Shown: positions 46,297-58,240 of the stretch, in pieces
How positions within the stretch are numbered: position 1 is the first letter of the stretch
Layout of the letters: each line of letters opens with the position of its first letter
Origin: Balanoglossus misakiensis
Taxonomy: Eukaryota > Animalia > Hemichordata
Length of the DNA stretch: 64,000 nucleotides
Reading direction: 5' to 3'
Assembly: GCA_040954595.2 (NCBI GenBank)
Contig: CM082587.2
Coordinates: forward strand, 8,747,403 to 8,811,402
The notes under the pieces: generated by a model
What the model was told of the DNA's origin: nothing
Database searches by the model: none
The model's input: only the letters and a program-made list of their open reading frames with translations
Position numbers and translations under genes: made by a program

Positions 46297-49200
46297 TCAG
46301 AGTGGATAAGGCTCTGGCTGCCCATTGGTTGCAACATTTATACATTTCATTTCGACGTTCTCAAGTCTTTCATGTGCTATCCTATGTCTATGTCTCGGGG
46401 AAGGAGATGGCGTTTTAGTTCCGGTCGAGCCAGAGTTTGCCCTCTTGCGAAACATTGAAAGAAATACCTCGGTTGATGAAGTCATCAGGTAGGTGGAGGT
46501 CTTGGAAAAGCGGCGGCGGTCCCGTTGGTTTCTGTCTCGTCGATATCGGATGAATTTACGCCGAATAGTGAACCGAACCTGAAAGTAGAATACATTTCGT
46601 CGACGTCAGAAAGTAGTTTACAACGCTGCATGTACGGTGTGTCGGAATTTGCAAAATATACAAACCACACGCTCAATTTATTCTCACCTCCGTTCCTCCC
46701 CGTTGATGTTATTACAATTATCAGTGCGAATGTAAGAATTTCAATTAATGTTTATAATTATGAGTAATGTGAACGGAAGAGTTAAGTGACCTCAGTCATA
46801 ATTATTGACGCCAATCATGAAAGAACGATTTCAGTCAAAAATCGTGCCTTACTTCGTTGTTCAGGAAGCAGTACAGAATAGCAACAAGGATCCCCTAGAA
46901 GGAAAACAATATATTTGATTGTCAGTAAAGGAAAAAAATTAAATGACTTCATACAATATACATGTTTGACCTTTAGGCTAACATATATTTTTTTTACAAA
47001 TGTAACTTTGGTATGAAGACAATATGAGCGTATTATAATAAATGGTATGTTTTTTTCAAAAGACTGTGACTGTGATTACCCAAAGATTTTGTTGCACTTT
47101 TTTGTGTATAGAATCCTGCATATAGGCCTACCAATCAAACCCTTGATTGCTTTTGGCGATTAGTCTACAGCTGAGTCAACACAATTGCGCACCATTCGAA
47201 ACTCTGTGACGTATGTATTTCACAAATCTTTTACAACAAGATATATGACTATCAGAATATGGTTATTGTCCTTATAAATTTTCGTTGCTGCTTGCCTGAA
47301 TAATATCAAAAAGCAAGCCTCCCATTTCGTTGCAGTGCATGAAGCTAATACAGCGTTAACATGCCTGGGATATTTGCAAGCAAAAATGTTTAAAGATTCG
47401 ATATTAATATGCTAATGAACATGCATTTACCTGTAATGAACTGAAAATGGCCTGCATTACATGGTAAACTGCAGTGTCTAGCTCATCAGTGGCTTTGGTA
47501 GGGTCGAAGAAATACAACACGTTGGTCAGTCCAAGCAATGGTAATAGTACAGCGGTGGCCTTGGTAGCTTTCCTGTAGAAATGTACAATAAAAGTGGGAA
47601 AACGTTTGTTCGTTTTCATTGTGACTGTATACCTTTAAGACATTCGTTAACGTTAAAATAGGATCAGGGCCAAGGTATTAGTAGTGTACAAACTAACTTA
47701 TATTTTAGAACGAACCGTCGATCTACAGAGTCAAGCGGAAAACTTTCTTATTCGCTCAGGCCTATGTGTTCTACGCATCACAACGGAATATGCAAATGAC
47801 GAGACGGTGTTTGGAAGTAACCATGGATATTTAAGAACAAACCGTCGATCTACAGAGTCTACTGGAAAACTTTCTTATTCGCTCAGGCCTATGTGTTCTA
47901 CGCATCACAACGGAATATTCAAATAAGGAGACGATGTTTGGAAGCATCCATGGATATTTTAGAACAAACCGTTGATCTACAGAGTCTACCGGAAAACTTT
48001 CTTATTCGCTCAGGCCTATGTGTTCTACGCATCACAACGGAATATGCAAATGACGAGACGATGTTTGGAAGTAACCATGGATAGTTTAGAACAAACCGTT
48101 GATCTACAGAGTTTACCGAAAAACTTTCTTATGCGCTCAGGCCTATGTGTTCTACGCATCACAACGGAATATGCAAATGACGAGACGGTGTTTGGAAGCA
48201 ACCATGGATAATTTAGAACAAACCGTTGATATACAGAGTTTACCGAAAAACTTTCTTATGCTCTCAGGCCTATGTGTTCTACGCATCACAACGGAATATG
48301 CAAATGACGAGACGGTGTTTGGAAGCAACCATGGATAATTTAGAACAAACCGTCGATCTACAGAGTCTACCGAAAAACTTTCTTATGCCCTCAGGCCTAT
48401 GTGTTCTACGCATCACAACGGAATATGCAAATGACGAGACGGTGTTTGGAAGCAACCATGGATATTTTGGAACAAACCGTCGATCTACAGAGTTTACCGA
48501 AAAACTTTCTTATGCGCTCAGGCCTATGTGTTCTACGCATCACAACGGAATATGCAAATGACGAGACGGTGTTTGGAAGCAACCATGGATATCCGTCGAT
48601 CTACAGAGTTTACCGAAAAACTTTCTTATGCGCTAAGGCCTATGTGTTCTACGCATCACAACGGAATATGCAAATGACGAGACGGTGTTTGGAAGCAACC
48701 ATGGATATTTTAGAACAAACCGTCGATCTACAGAGTCTACCGAAAAACTTTCTTATGCGCTCAGGCCTATGTGTTCTACGCATCACAACGGAATATGCAA
48801 ATGACGAGACGGTGTTTGGAAGCAACCATGGATATTTTGGACCAAACCGTTGATCTACAGAGTTTACCGAAAAACTTTCTTATGCGCTCAGGCCTATGTG
48901 TTCTACGCATCACAACGGAATATGCAAATGACGAGACGGTGTTTGGAAGCAACCATGGATATCCGTCGATCTACAGAGTTTACCGAAAAACTTTCTGATG
49001 CGCTCAGGCCTATGTGTTCTACGCATCACAACGGAATATGCAAATGACGAGACGGTGTTTGGAAGCAACCATGGATATTTTAGAACAAACCGTCGATCTA
49101 CAGAGTCTACCGGAAAACCTTCTTATGCGCTCAGGCCTTCTATCAGTAAGGTAAGAGTGAATCCAATCAAGCGAAGTTTCTTAAACATCGTAAATAGACA

Positions 49201-52200
49201 ACCATATCGACAACTTTATAAAGATCTACGAACAGTGACCTCTTTAAGGCAATGGTTTATGTGTTGCCAGGAAACTCTGGCTCGCGAGAATGGTTTGAGT
49301 AAAACGTCGTGACATGAGTGGTGTTCCCTGAACCCCGATTGGGACTAGACAATCAAATCATACGCACTAGTAGGAAAGTAATTATAAAGACTGACAAAAA
49401 AAGTGTTTCTCAAGGATGTTTGCGAGGATAGGCAAGAGGGAGATTGGTTGATACTCAGTAACATCACTCTTAGAACCACGCTTATGAATGAGGACAACAC
49501 AGCAACATGCATAGATGTTGGGAAAACAGCAACGGTGCCGCCAATACTAAGTATGATGCACCGATGTTCAGAATTTTCGGAGACAGACCAGAGACAGACC
49601 ATCAGACAAAATGCTTTTTACGAATTACGAAATCGATGATGGCCGGTGCAGTAATCCATCCTTCCATGAGACTTAAGTGGAGTTTTTTTTCGAATTTCCG
49701 ACGAAACTTTTCGTTAATACTAGTGTAACTGGAATTCACGGCTTGGGTAATGAAGGAGGATCGAAACATATAACCAAGGTCGAATTTCATTAACATTGTG
49801 CCAAATAACCGATGAATTACCGGCGAATGGCTTAGATCAAGCTTGCAATGAATTTTTCTTCTTTTTTTAGGTTTACGGGGTATTTTAGCAGGATTTGGTT
49901 CCTCGGTGTCGGAAGTTGGCGAAGTCTCGGCCGGTTCTGAATCATCATCAGACGGATCAGTTTCCGAGTTGCTGAAGGTCTTTATAAGTGATTTGGTTGG
50001 CGATGCTATAATTCCAATGATAGAACTGAAAGATCCTTTGCAGAATCGCCATAGCTAGGCCAACCTGCAGGTGTGCTTATTCAGGGCACTGGCTATTTTA
50101 TAATCACAGACTGATGTTATATCTTCAGCCGGAATGTCTGACCAACATACACTTTTAGACACAGAGAACATGATAGTGCTTCTGAAAAAAGACACATATA
50201 TGGCCAAGATTTGAAAGGCAACCATTCAATCAAATCAAGTGTAGGTTAATTAACTTCTCGACGCATACCTTACTTGTGCAGTCTCCTCTTCATTACTTGC
50301 TCGAAGTTTCGTCACCAAGATAAACACAATGGCGATTAGAAACACCAAGTTAGCCTAGAGAAAGTGAAGTCATTTACTATTATTAGTTGTATAACTTGGG
50401 CTTTGATGTTGGGCCAGTAATTGTTAAGATCTTTCGGACAGTTCGGCTGACGGTTTGTACATCTCAATTTCAGTAAGTGCGTGGTCGCGGAAGTTAATAC
50501 TTCACTATTTTAACGTCTAAGATTCTGAGCTAATCTCAATAAATGCCAATTGGATAAGAATGGCTAGATCAGGCGTTTCATTTTGAATGTTGGTACCATT
50601 TCTACACTGGCATCGTCCGGGAAAAATGTAACCTAATGCTGCACTCCAGAATGAAACATACAACGGCGTCTAACATGATAGATGTTCAAATGACCTGTGT
50701 GCACATATTTCCTACTTAATATGTTTTGTCATATTCTGGGCTATGCTGTATTGTTCATAGAATTTATGCATTCAAATTTTACATGCACAACCAAACCAAC
50801 TTGAACGACACTGAGGTTTAACTGTCGAGGTGACCTACTCTACCAAACACGTGCTAGAACAGAAGATTACTTCTTGAAATTGGGCTTTTCTACGTGGCAC
50901 TTTTCTTCCTGTTTTGAAAATGGGAACCATGATCACAAAGGATGTCACATACACGCTTACCAAAAATAATGCACTCATTGGTCCATGTACTATCCAGAAA
51001 TATTTCCAGTTATCTTGTGTATTCCAACACTGAGCATCATCATGGTACAGTAACACAAGTGCCCATGTTACTGTGAATGGTATGGGACAAACTGAAAACA
51101 ATGGAAGGAGTGTTGATTTGTTTATAATTGAAATAGTGAAGTTAGACAAATTAGGCTACAAGGCAGAAGAAGCCGATTCTGTAGTTTTCCTAAATATCCA
51201 ATTCCGGAAAGCAAGGCACACTGAGATAAATATAGGAATGTTCAGTGAAATGATACCATCTGTGTATGTGAATGTGCCGTCAAAAGCTTTAACTTTAGAG
51301 ACACATGTGTGATTAACTTCTGGTTAAAAAAGTAAGAGAGTAAGGAAGCAAACTTAATAGTCATTGGAATTCCTGTCAATTGTTGTTCTCCAACAAAATG
51401 AAAGTCTACACGATGACCAAAATAAACCCAGTCTATAGATGCCGATGAGTCTTTAGGAGTCTAGTACGAATATGTTGGAGTGAAGGAGTTCGACGAAAAG
51501 TACTTCGAAATGTTTAATACACTCGAAATGCACTTAAAATACACTCAAGGTTACCTGCGAAATGTATTGCGTCTATATAAACGTCAAAAAATAAATCAAT
51601 GGTAAAAACAAAAATACTACACACGTTCATGAGACGTTCAGATCATTTTGTGGTCCAGCTAGGGGGTTCGTCGTCAAAAGATAAGTTCACTATTCAAATG
51701 CAAATAAGTCGTTAAATAGTCATGATCTCTTTTCTCCATCTGTCACCGTTAGACGTAAGGAGTTTTCAGAATGACCATACTACCCCAAGCTTTAATAATG
51801 GTACAACTGGCTTACACGTTCGAGATCAATTGAATTATATCCAGAGAAAGGGGCCCCGATTCCAAAGCATTGGCCCAGGTTCAGATTCGTTTTGGCTTCT
51901 TTAGATGCCTGCAATCTCTATATTTTTTTAATATTCCCGCTCTTAACACTTACAATAATCATTTTGTGATGGAGGTATCTCCCAACGCCGTGTGTTTCAC
52001 AGACAACTTCCGAAAACAGCGCTAGTAATCTCCCAGTGTTTGTGGATGAATTTTTACAATCCGCTGACAAACTGACAAAAACCCGTATGAGCCAATATAC
52101 TTACCCCATCCAATAATGTAGAATACAATGAAATTGGGATCTTTACTGAACACACTAATGGTGATTCTTGACAGCAAAAACAAACCTTCCACAAACATCC

Positions 52201-52261
52201 AAGCCAGGTTAGCGATTTTTGCGTAGTAGTAAAATGCCAAAACTGGTCGACAATATTCAGG
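46297..52261 (-). CDS. Class B1 (secretin-family) GPCR, CRH/DH44-receptor-like; TM3 to C-terminus, 5' exons not found in the window
   Basis: Phase-consistent exons 52261-52105, 51091-50961, 50354-50269, 47572-47431, 46894-46853, 46578-46297. Motifs include YC..ANLAWMFVEGLFL, IIGW, QCW, NLVFLIAIVFILVTKLRAS, RKATKATAVLLPLLGLT and SSLQGILVAILYCFLNNEVR, with the 42-nt TM7 exon typical of class B1. Confidence 0.92.
47699..49138. repeat. Tandem array of a 127-bp unit, about 11.5 copies, in a GPCR intron
   Basis: Unit GATATTTTAGAACAAACCGTCGATCTACAGAGT(C/T)TACCG(G/A)AAAACTTTCTTAT(T/G)CGCTCAGGCCTATGTGTTCTACGCATCACAACGGAATATGCAAATGACGAGACGGTGTTTGGAAGCAACCATG recurs every 127 bp. Two units carry the same 11-bp deletion. 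Confidence 0.95.
49139..49610 (-). mobile_element. Decayed non-LTR retrotransposon (CR1/L2-like) reverse transcriptase fragment
   Basis: Minus-strand translation VVLIHKRGSKSDVTEYQPISLLPILANILEKH...*SQSGFREHHSC...DWIHSYLTDR matches the LINE RT motifs YRPISLL, QxGFR and WxxSYLxxR, with stops and frameshifts. Confidence 0.85.
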
Positions 52262-52554
52262 CTGAAAAAAAAATTAATAAAGACCAATATTAAACAATAT
52301 AGATAGTAATGTTAGATGTCGACAATTGAACGTAAAATCATTTGCTTCATAAATAATACCATTATGACATTAGCATTAGTACACATATATTTCATGATCA
52401 TCAACAAAGTATCTCCAAAAACGACAATACGTTCACGTTTTATAAAAGTTGATGATTCTGCCGCTTTGTGTTTATTATATAACTATACGGTGTTTCTCTC
52501 TTCGACATATTACGTGGCCTGTCAAATCAACGTTTTAGACGATTGCATCAAATG

Positions 52555-52915
52555 TTCCACCGCTGCCAGGACATGACACAAATATTTTGGTAATTTTGGC
52601 AATGACCTTTGACCTATTTCTGATACATCATTTTTCTGCATATCCCAGGCTAACCAATAGCGTTGGAGGTTTGGTTATTAATGGACATACACCAGTCTGG
52701 GCTCAAAATTTTTATACCCAAATTTTGGGTTACCTCAGGTGACCTTTGACCTACTTTCCTATATCTCAGCATACAGACAGGATAGAACCTTGGCATTTGG
52801 AGGGATTGAACACCAAGTGGAGTCTTACATGTTACCTCATTAAGTATGCACATATCTAACTCCAGGCTAACCATTAGGGCTAGAGGTTTGTTTTTTGTTT
52901 TTATTTGTGGTTCCA
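52555..52915 (-). mobile_element. Fragment of the Helentron-like repeat (inverted relative to 60466-61921)
   Basis: TGACCTTTGACCTA twice and AAATATTTTGGTAATTTTGGCAATGACC, the reverse complement of sequence near 61120-61150. Confidence 0.75.
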
Positions 52916-54471
52916 AGTAAATGCATTATTGCCTCGACACACCAAAAACAGCAAATTGCATATCGAATGGCAAAGTAGGTGGAGTTTCTATCTCGATAGT
53001 ACATATATACATTGTTTTCATTGTAATTTTAATGAGCGCCCTCATAGGTATCTGCACTACAGACTTCTGTTTAAAGTGTAATGGACGAACAATGTCAGCA
53101 TGTCATTGCCAAAGCCAAACCTCGGCGTGGTACGAACTTAAGATGATAAAGACACAAACGTGTACGTAATCCCGCTTCTGTATAGTCCTACAGGAGACTC
53201 GTTCAAGTATTTCAGTAAAAGAAATTGGGAAATACCAGGATGGTTCCCACTTCAAATACACCACACACCTCAGTGGTGGACAAAATGAACAGGGGGTGAA
53301 CCTATAATCTTGACAGGTCACTATTTTCGTGGGTTCCGATTTTGAATGATAAGACCTGCCCTAAGCCTGAAGCTGTCTAAACCCTGAGCTGACACCTTAT
53401 CAGGAAATGTGTTTATTTTTGTCAAAGTATGGTAAAGATATTATTATCGATGTTACTAATATACAGAATCAAACAGGGTATTCCCTTCGCCCCCCCCCCC
53501 AGTCTACCCTTACAGATGAGATAAATGGGTGAATTCCAGAAAATACGAATTTATGTCTGGTTCAAGTGCAGAAACTCCCACCGAAACGTGTATTACGGAG
53601 ACACGGCGTACATTTATCTCATTTTCGTTGATAAATTATTGTGTGATATTTTTTTATCACAAGGATGGCTCACTCGAAATCTATCAGGTCGTTTAGTATT
53701 TAGACAGCTGTTTTGCAGTCTGAACACTATGAATTAAGAACATTTGTGGACAGAAATCAACAAATCGAAGTTATAATCAAGGTTATAATGGCAATGTTGT
53801 CATTTGAAGAACTTTTGCGTAATCAATGAGATGTTGTCTGAACATTTCATCACTATTCTATCAATCCTAAATTTCTTCTCTGTTATCGAATTCGTCTAAC
53901 AGGACATTCATCGGTTCTTTACTGGCCAGGTGAAGAAACTCACATTAATTCACGTCAGTAAACAATATCGTTGTTGTAAATTATTGTTTGCGCCTCTTTG
54001 TGACGTGAAGCTATCGGAACACTGAGGTTTATAAATTCGTCTCATGCGAAACACGTAGCACAACACACTGCATGAGTGATCACCGCGCTTCAGGAAATTG
54101 CACCAATAAGGTGAGGTTTTCCACTGTATACGTAATAATCATATTACGTCCTGTGGCCGGGAATAACTGCTGATCTATTTCTTTGTAAAAATAACAACAA
54201 CGCTTTCATGTTATTCATTTGATTGCTATTAGCACACAGAGGGATAGCTGAAAATGCGCCTTTTTAATTCCATGTCAATGCCTGTCCGAAGAAGTTTCCG
54301 ACGTAACGAGCCAGGTGTTAAAATTGCCGTTAAAATTTCTAATATAATTATTTGCATATAAATGGTCAAATGTCCGAAGTTCTCTGTTACTGATTTCAAG
54401 TATGTTTTCCCCTTCTTACAGATTAGCACTGGTATTTATTTCCCACCATAAACAAGCAGTTTTTTGAAGTG

Positions 54472-56632
54472 ATGGCGTTTATTCGTGTCATCTGCCTTTT
54501 TGCAACCTGGATCTTGATTGTAAACCATGTTAAAGCAAAATGTGATGTGTGCTTGCTTGCGGACGAGGAGGTGAGTAATTAGGTTATTACATTTCATTTT
54601 TTAGAGAGAGAGAGAAGGGGGAGGGAGGGAGGAAGGGAGGGGAGGAAGGGAGGAAGGGGAGGGAGAGAGAGAGAGAGATTTACTCACCAAATTTAATAAA
54701 ATATGTACCATTAAGTAAGCTCAAAAATAAAATGTTTGACATGTGAACATTTTTTAATTGTTAAATATAATTAATCTTTTCTTCTACTTGCTTAACATAA
54801 ATACAAAGTATCATCGCACTAGTGTTTTCACAGTAATGTTATTATGTGTGTTTTTTTCTCCGAAGGGTGCCGAAGAAACTAAAGCTATGGCTAAAATTAA
54901 GGATTTAGTGAAGACTACCTTAAAGGAAATGCACTGGGTGATGCAAGAACCGAATATTAAGGAGTGTCTCTTCACAAATCTGAACGACGACACGGACGAA
55001 GGACTTGTCGCGGTAATAATAATTTTCCATTATTTAGGCCCTAATGTTTATTATTATTTACCGGAAGTATAGACACTTAATGTCGAATGCACTTCGAAAA
55101 TCTTAGTCTAGATTACACTTTTCCTCGAATTTTGCTCGAGACACATTTGAATTATTAAAAAATTGGCGACCTTGCAAAATGTTCAATGAGAGAGCAACTT
55201 TGCAATTCAAAATGGCCGCCAATTTTAACGTTTGATATAATTGTTTACATAATAACTGAAGTGCGCACTTTTAAAATAGGCACATCTTTAATCTAGAAAT
55301 TCGTATCAAGGATTCAGATGAAATGTTGACCTCACTCATATGACATATTCGACATATCTTTCCTATAAGCCACCGACCAAGGCCGGGAACAATTTGTATG
55401 AACCGTCTCGTTGGCACCATTCTTTACTACAAAGACCTTGTTTCCTCTGGCGTGCTGAACGATACTTTCTATATTACAGACCTGTGGTTTTGGCAAAGCA
55501 TTTCCAGACTCTGCAATAAAGGTTACGTGGAGTGGAACGCTTCGAACAATGGGCAGTTCGTTTGTGTGTAACCGTTGGTATTTCACATTTAATGGCGACG
55601 AATGCTCAGATCCTGGTCCAATTGAAGGTTTTATGTGCAACAATGCAGATCAGAACACGCATATCGCCGTATCGGGTAGGTGCATGATACAAGTACTAAT
55701 TGGTTATCATATTTATATATATCAGCAAGTACATATGGTACATTTGGTAGAGCTGCCACTTTTTGCATTATTTTCCTGATTTTATTTTCCAACTTAAATT
55801 AGTCCATCTTTATAAGCTTACTGCATGATTGGTATACATGCATGAACACCTTATCGATGCCCGAATGTGACTGCATTTTGCAATTTGAACACGCTATGTA
55901 TTAAAACGGTGCTGCACTGATTTAATCAGCCTCCATGCAAACAGTACGCAACTATCGTGGTATTCATCGCCAAGAGATGACAAACTGATGCAAATGCAAG
56001 TAATATGGCTCAATGGTGAGGATTTTAGAGGATAGCAGGGATAGGGAATATATTTGAAGTATTTTACTGTGGAAAAAATATGCGAACCCCGGCCACAAGT
56101 GCAACCTTAGTATTGGATATGTAGTACAAGTCATTTACAACATGCGAGTAAATCTGGTGGAAACATTCCTAGGACCCTGCAACCCAAACGCAAAAGCAAT
56201 CTGATAAGAACATTTTGAAGAAGAAATAGATGACTTAATATTTAAAGCCTTATCACTTCGCTCATGGATATAGCCTATTATAGGATTGGGTCAGAGTCTT
56301 GGTCGGCTAACTATAAACCATGGCGAAGCGATCCCAACTCTACTAGGGTGGGTGGGAGGGAGGATGCTGAGCCGTTTAGCAAACTCCTGCGCCCTCTCCC
56401 CACTCTCTCTCTAGCATGATCTCGTGCCTAGACAACATTACACTTTTATCATGCCTTTTTGCTTGCGATTTCAGTGCAAGGTTTATGCTACAACGTCCTG
56501 GGAGGAGCAGTGACAGTTGGTTTTAACGTCGGATCTAACGGAATGAACACCCTCGGCAATGCGTACACAGGTTATAACAGTGTCACAAGAATAATTGTCG
56601 AAGAAACCTACCTGCAGCCGTCGCCACAGTGA
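54472..56632 (+). CDS. CTHRC1: Secreted CTHRC1 C-terminal-domain protein lacking the collagen triple helix, 199 aa
   Basis: Exons 54472-54570, 54866-55012, 55480-55675 and 56475-56632 total 600 nt in frame. Signal peptide MAFIRVICLFATWILIVNHVKA. The segment PNIKECLFTNLNDDTDEGLVATCGFGK..SAIKVTWSGTLR..CNRWYFTFNGDECSDPGPIE..VQGLC..GNAYTGYNSVTRIIVEE aligns with the vertebrate CTHRC1 globular domain. AATAAA near 56725 and 56801. The symbol denotes the family, not proven orthology. Confidence 0.9.
54603..54677. repeat. Pure-purine (GA)n/GGGA tract
   Basis: About 75 bp containing only A and G, in intron 1 of the CTHRC1-like gene. Confidence 0.9.
55748..56065. mobile_element. Inverted, partial copy of the element at 31415-31714
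   Basis: Reverse-complement similarity, for example CGCCAAGAGATGACAAACTGATGCAAATGCAAG and GAGGATTTTAGAGGATAG. Confidence 0.75.
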
Positions 56633-57919
56633 TCGATTATTGCATGATAATACATTAAACGTTAACAACAATATTTTCCTTCACTTGATTGAGAATGTAT
56701 TGCCGATTACCTTGTTGCCGGCAAAATAAAAGTGGGATTTTTCAATGTTGATATGTAATTGAGATAAAATAGTCTCTGTTGAAAGCGTGCTCAAATAACA
56801 AATAAAAGTCATTTTAAATCTCCTGAATTATTATGATCAATACTTGTCATGCATCACACGTATTATCAGTTTTCTCCGGCCAATTTCATCACGGAAGGAC
56901 ACACACTAGTCACGTGGTCATTGTGTGAAATTCAATTTGATAGAGCTCCTTTGGTGACCGGAATCAGACACAAATGTTCAGTGGGGGTTTTTGCACACGC
57001 CCACGGCAAAATGCGTGCCTAGGCACACAGAAAAGACGGCATTGAAACCAGACGGCAAAATATTACAGAAAGTAAAAATTTCCGAAACTGTGAACGGCGC
57101 CTGTTGTCAATAGACAGTTGGTAAACATTTTTCATGAAGAAATGTTAATTTCAATACCGCTAAAGTCAAGTAAAACTTAATTGACCAAGCAGCACGCTCG
57201 AAATGTCCAATCACAGCCAGTCCAGACCCCTTTCGTCAGTTTAGCGCCAGCAGCGTTAGAAAACGTAACGGGGTAGGGAACCAGACTGGCAGGGGACTGG
57301 ACTCGACTAGTACACTATCTATGGTTCGACCTGGGGCCTACTCGAACGGCTTATCCAAGCAATGTTACGAGAACCTGTGGGCTGAATATGCGTTCAACTG
57401 ACGAACATTACAAAAAAGACAGAATCACAAAATAGGAAGTAAATATACGTTAATATTTTTCGGATAATATTGTCTAAGTTGTCTAAGGTAGAGCGTGTCA
57501 ATAGCATGCAACATGTGTCATTTCAAAATGTGTGGCGCTTTGGAAAGCAAATAATTGATTACAGTGCATCCATGCCAAGTTGCAAGTTTGTTTGCATTGT
57601 TCTATACCTGTGGTGACATGGTAAAGAATCTGAACAATCAAAAATAACCTTACGAGAGAGTGCTGCATAACCACGCAGTCTTGGAAGGCTGTTCCTGATT
57701 GGTAAGATTTTTGACAGCTCAATCTGCATGCTATCAACAACTGTGATCAGTTGGTTTCACCTGTTGTTATATCCTTAACACCTCCTTCCATTTACACTTC
57801 TGTCTATTTAGCATATTGCTCAAGGTATTTGCATAACAATAAAACCTTGCCGTTGATGTTCAGTTCGTTTATCGTTCTCCATATCCCACGCTCTCTATAC
57901 TTTCCGCTCCGCCATTTTC

Positions 57920-58240
57920 GCTCGTTTTTCAGTTATTTTCGATTAGTTTAGGTAAATTTTTCGTATTTTTCAGCTCCGTTTTCACTATTATATTTCTAAG
58001 ATCAGGTTAGTTTTCATTCAGTTATCGTTTTCAGTTATATTTCTTCCAAATTTCTTAGTTTTTCAGTTTAGATAGATTAGTTTAGTATACATTAGTTCCG
58101 TTTATTATTAGATTTGTTAGTTATTATATTTTCTTATTTCTTATTAGTTATATTATTAGTATTTTAGTTAGTTAGTTTGTTAGTCAGTTTGTTTGTTTAT
58201 TTGTTAGTCAGTAGTTAGTTGTAGAATTAGTATTTCATCG
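57920..58240. repeat. T-rich low-complexity region with TTAG/TTAGT words
   Basis: Strong strand asymmetry with repeated TTAGTT and TTTCAG words. Confidence 0.7.

Noticed and set aside
47684-49312. Cluster of repetitive ORFs, and a possible CRISPR-like array
   Set aside because: The ORFs arise from a 127-bp unit that shifts frame at each copy. There are no unique spacers or cas genes, and the context is eukaryotic.
53120-53180. Possible TM2 exon of the GPCR (KRDYVHVCVFIILSSYHAE)
   Set aside because: It lacks the class B1 RxxIHxNL motif, is too short, and has a weak donor.
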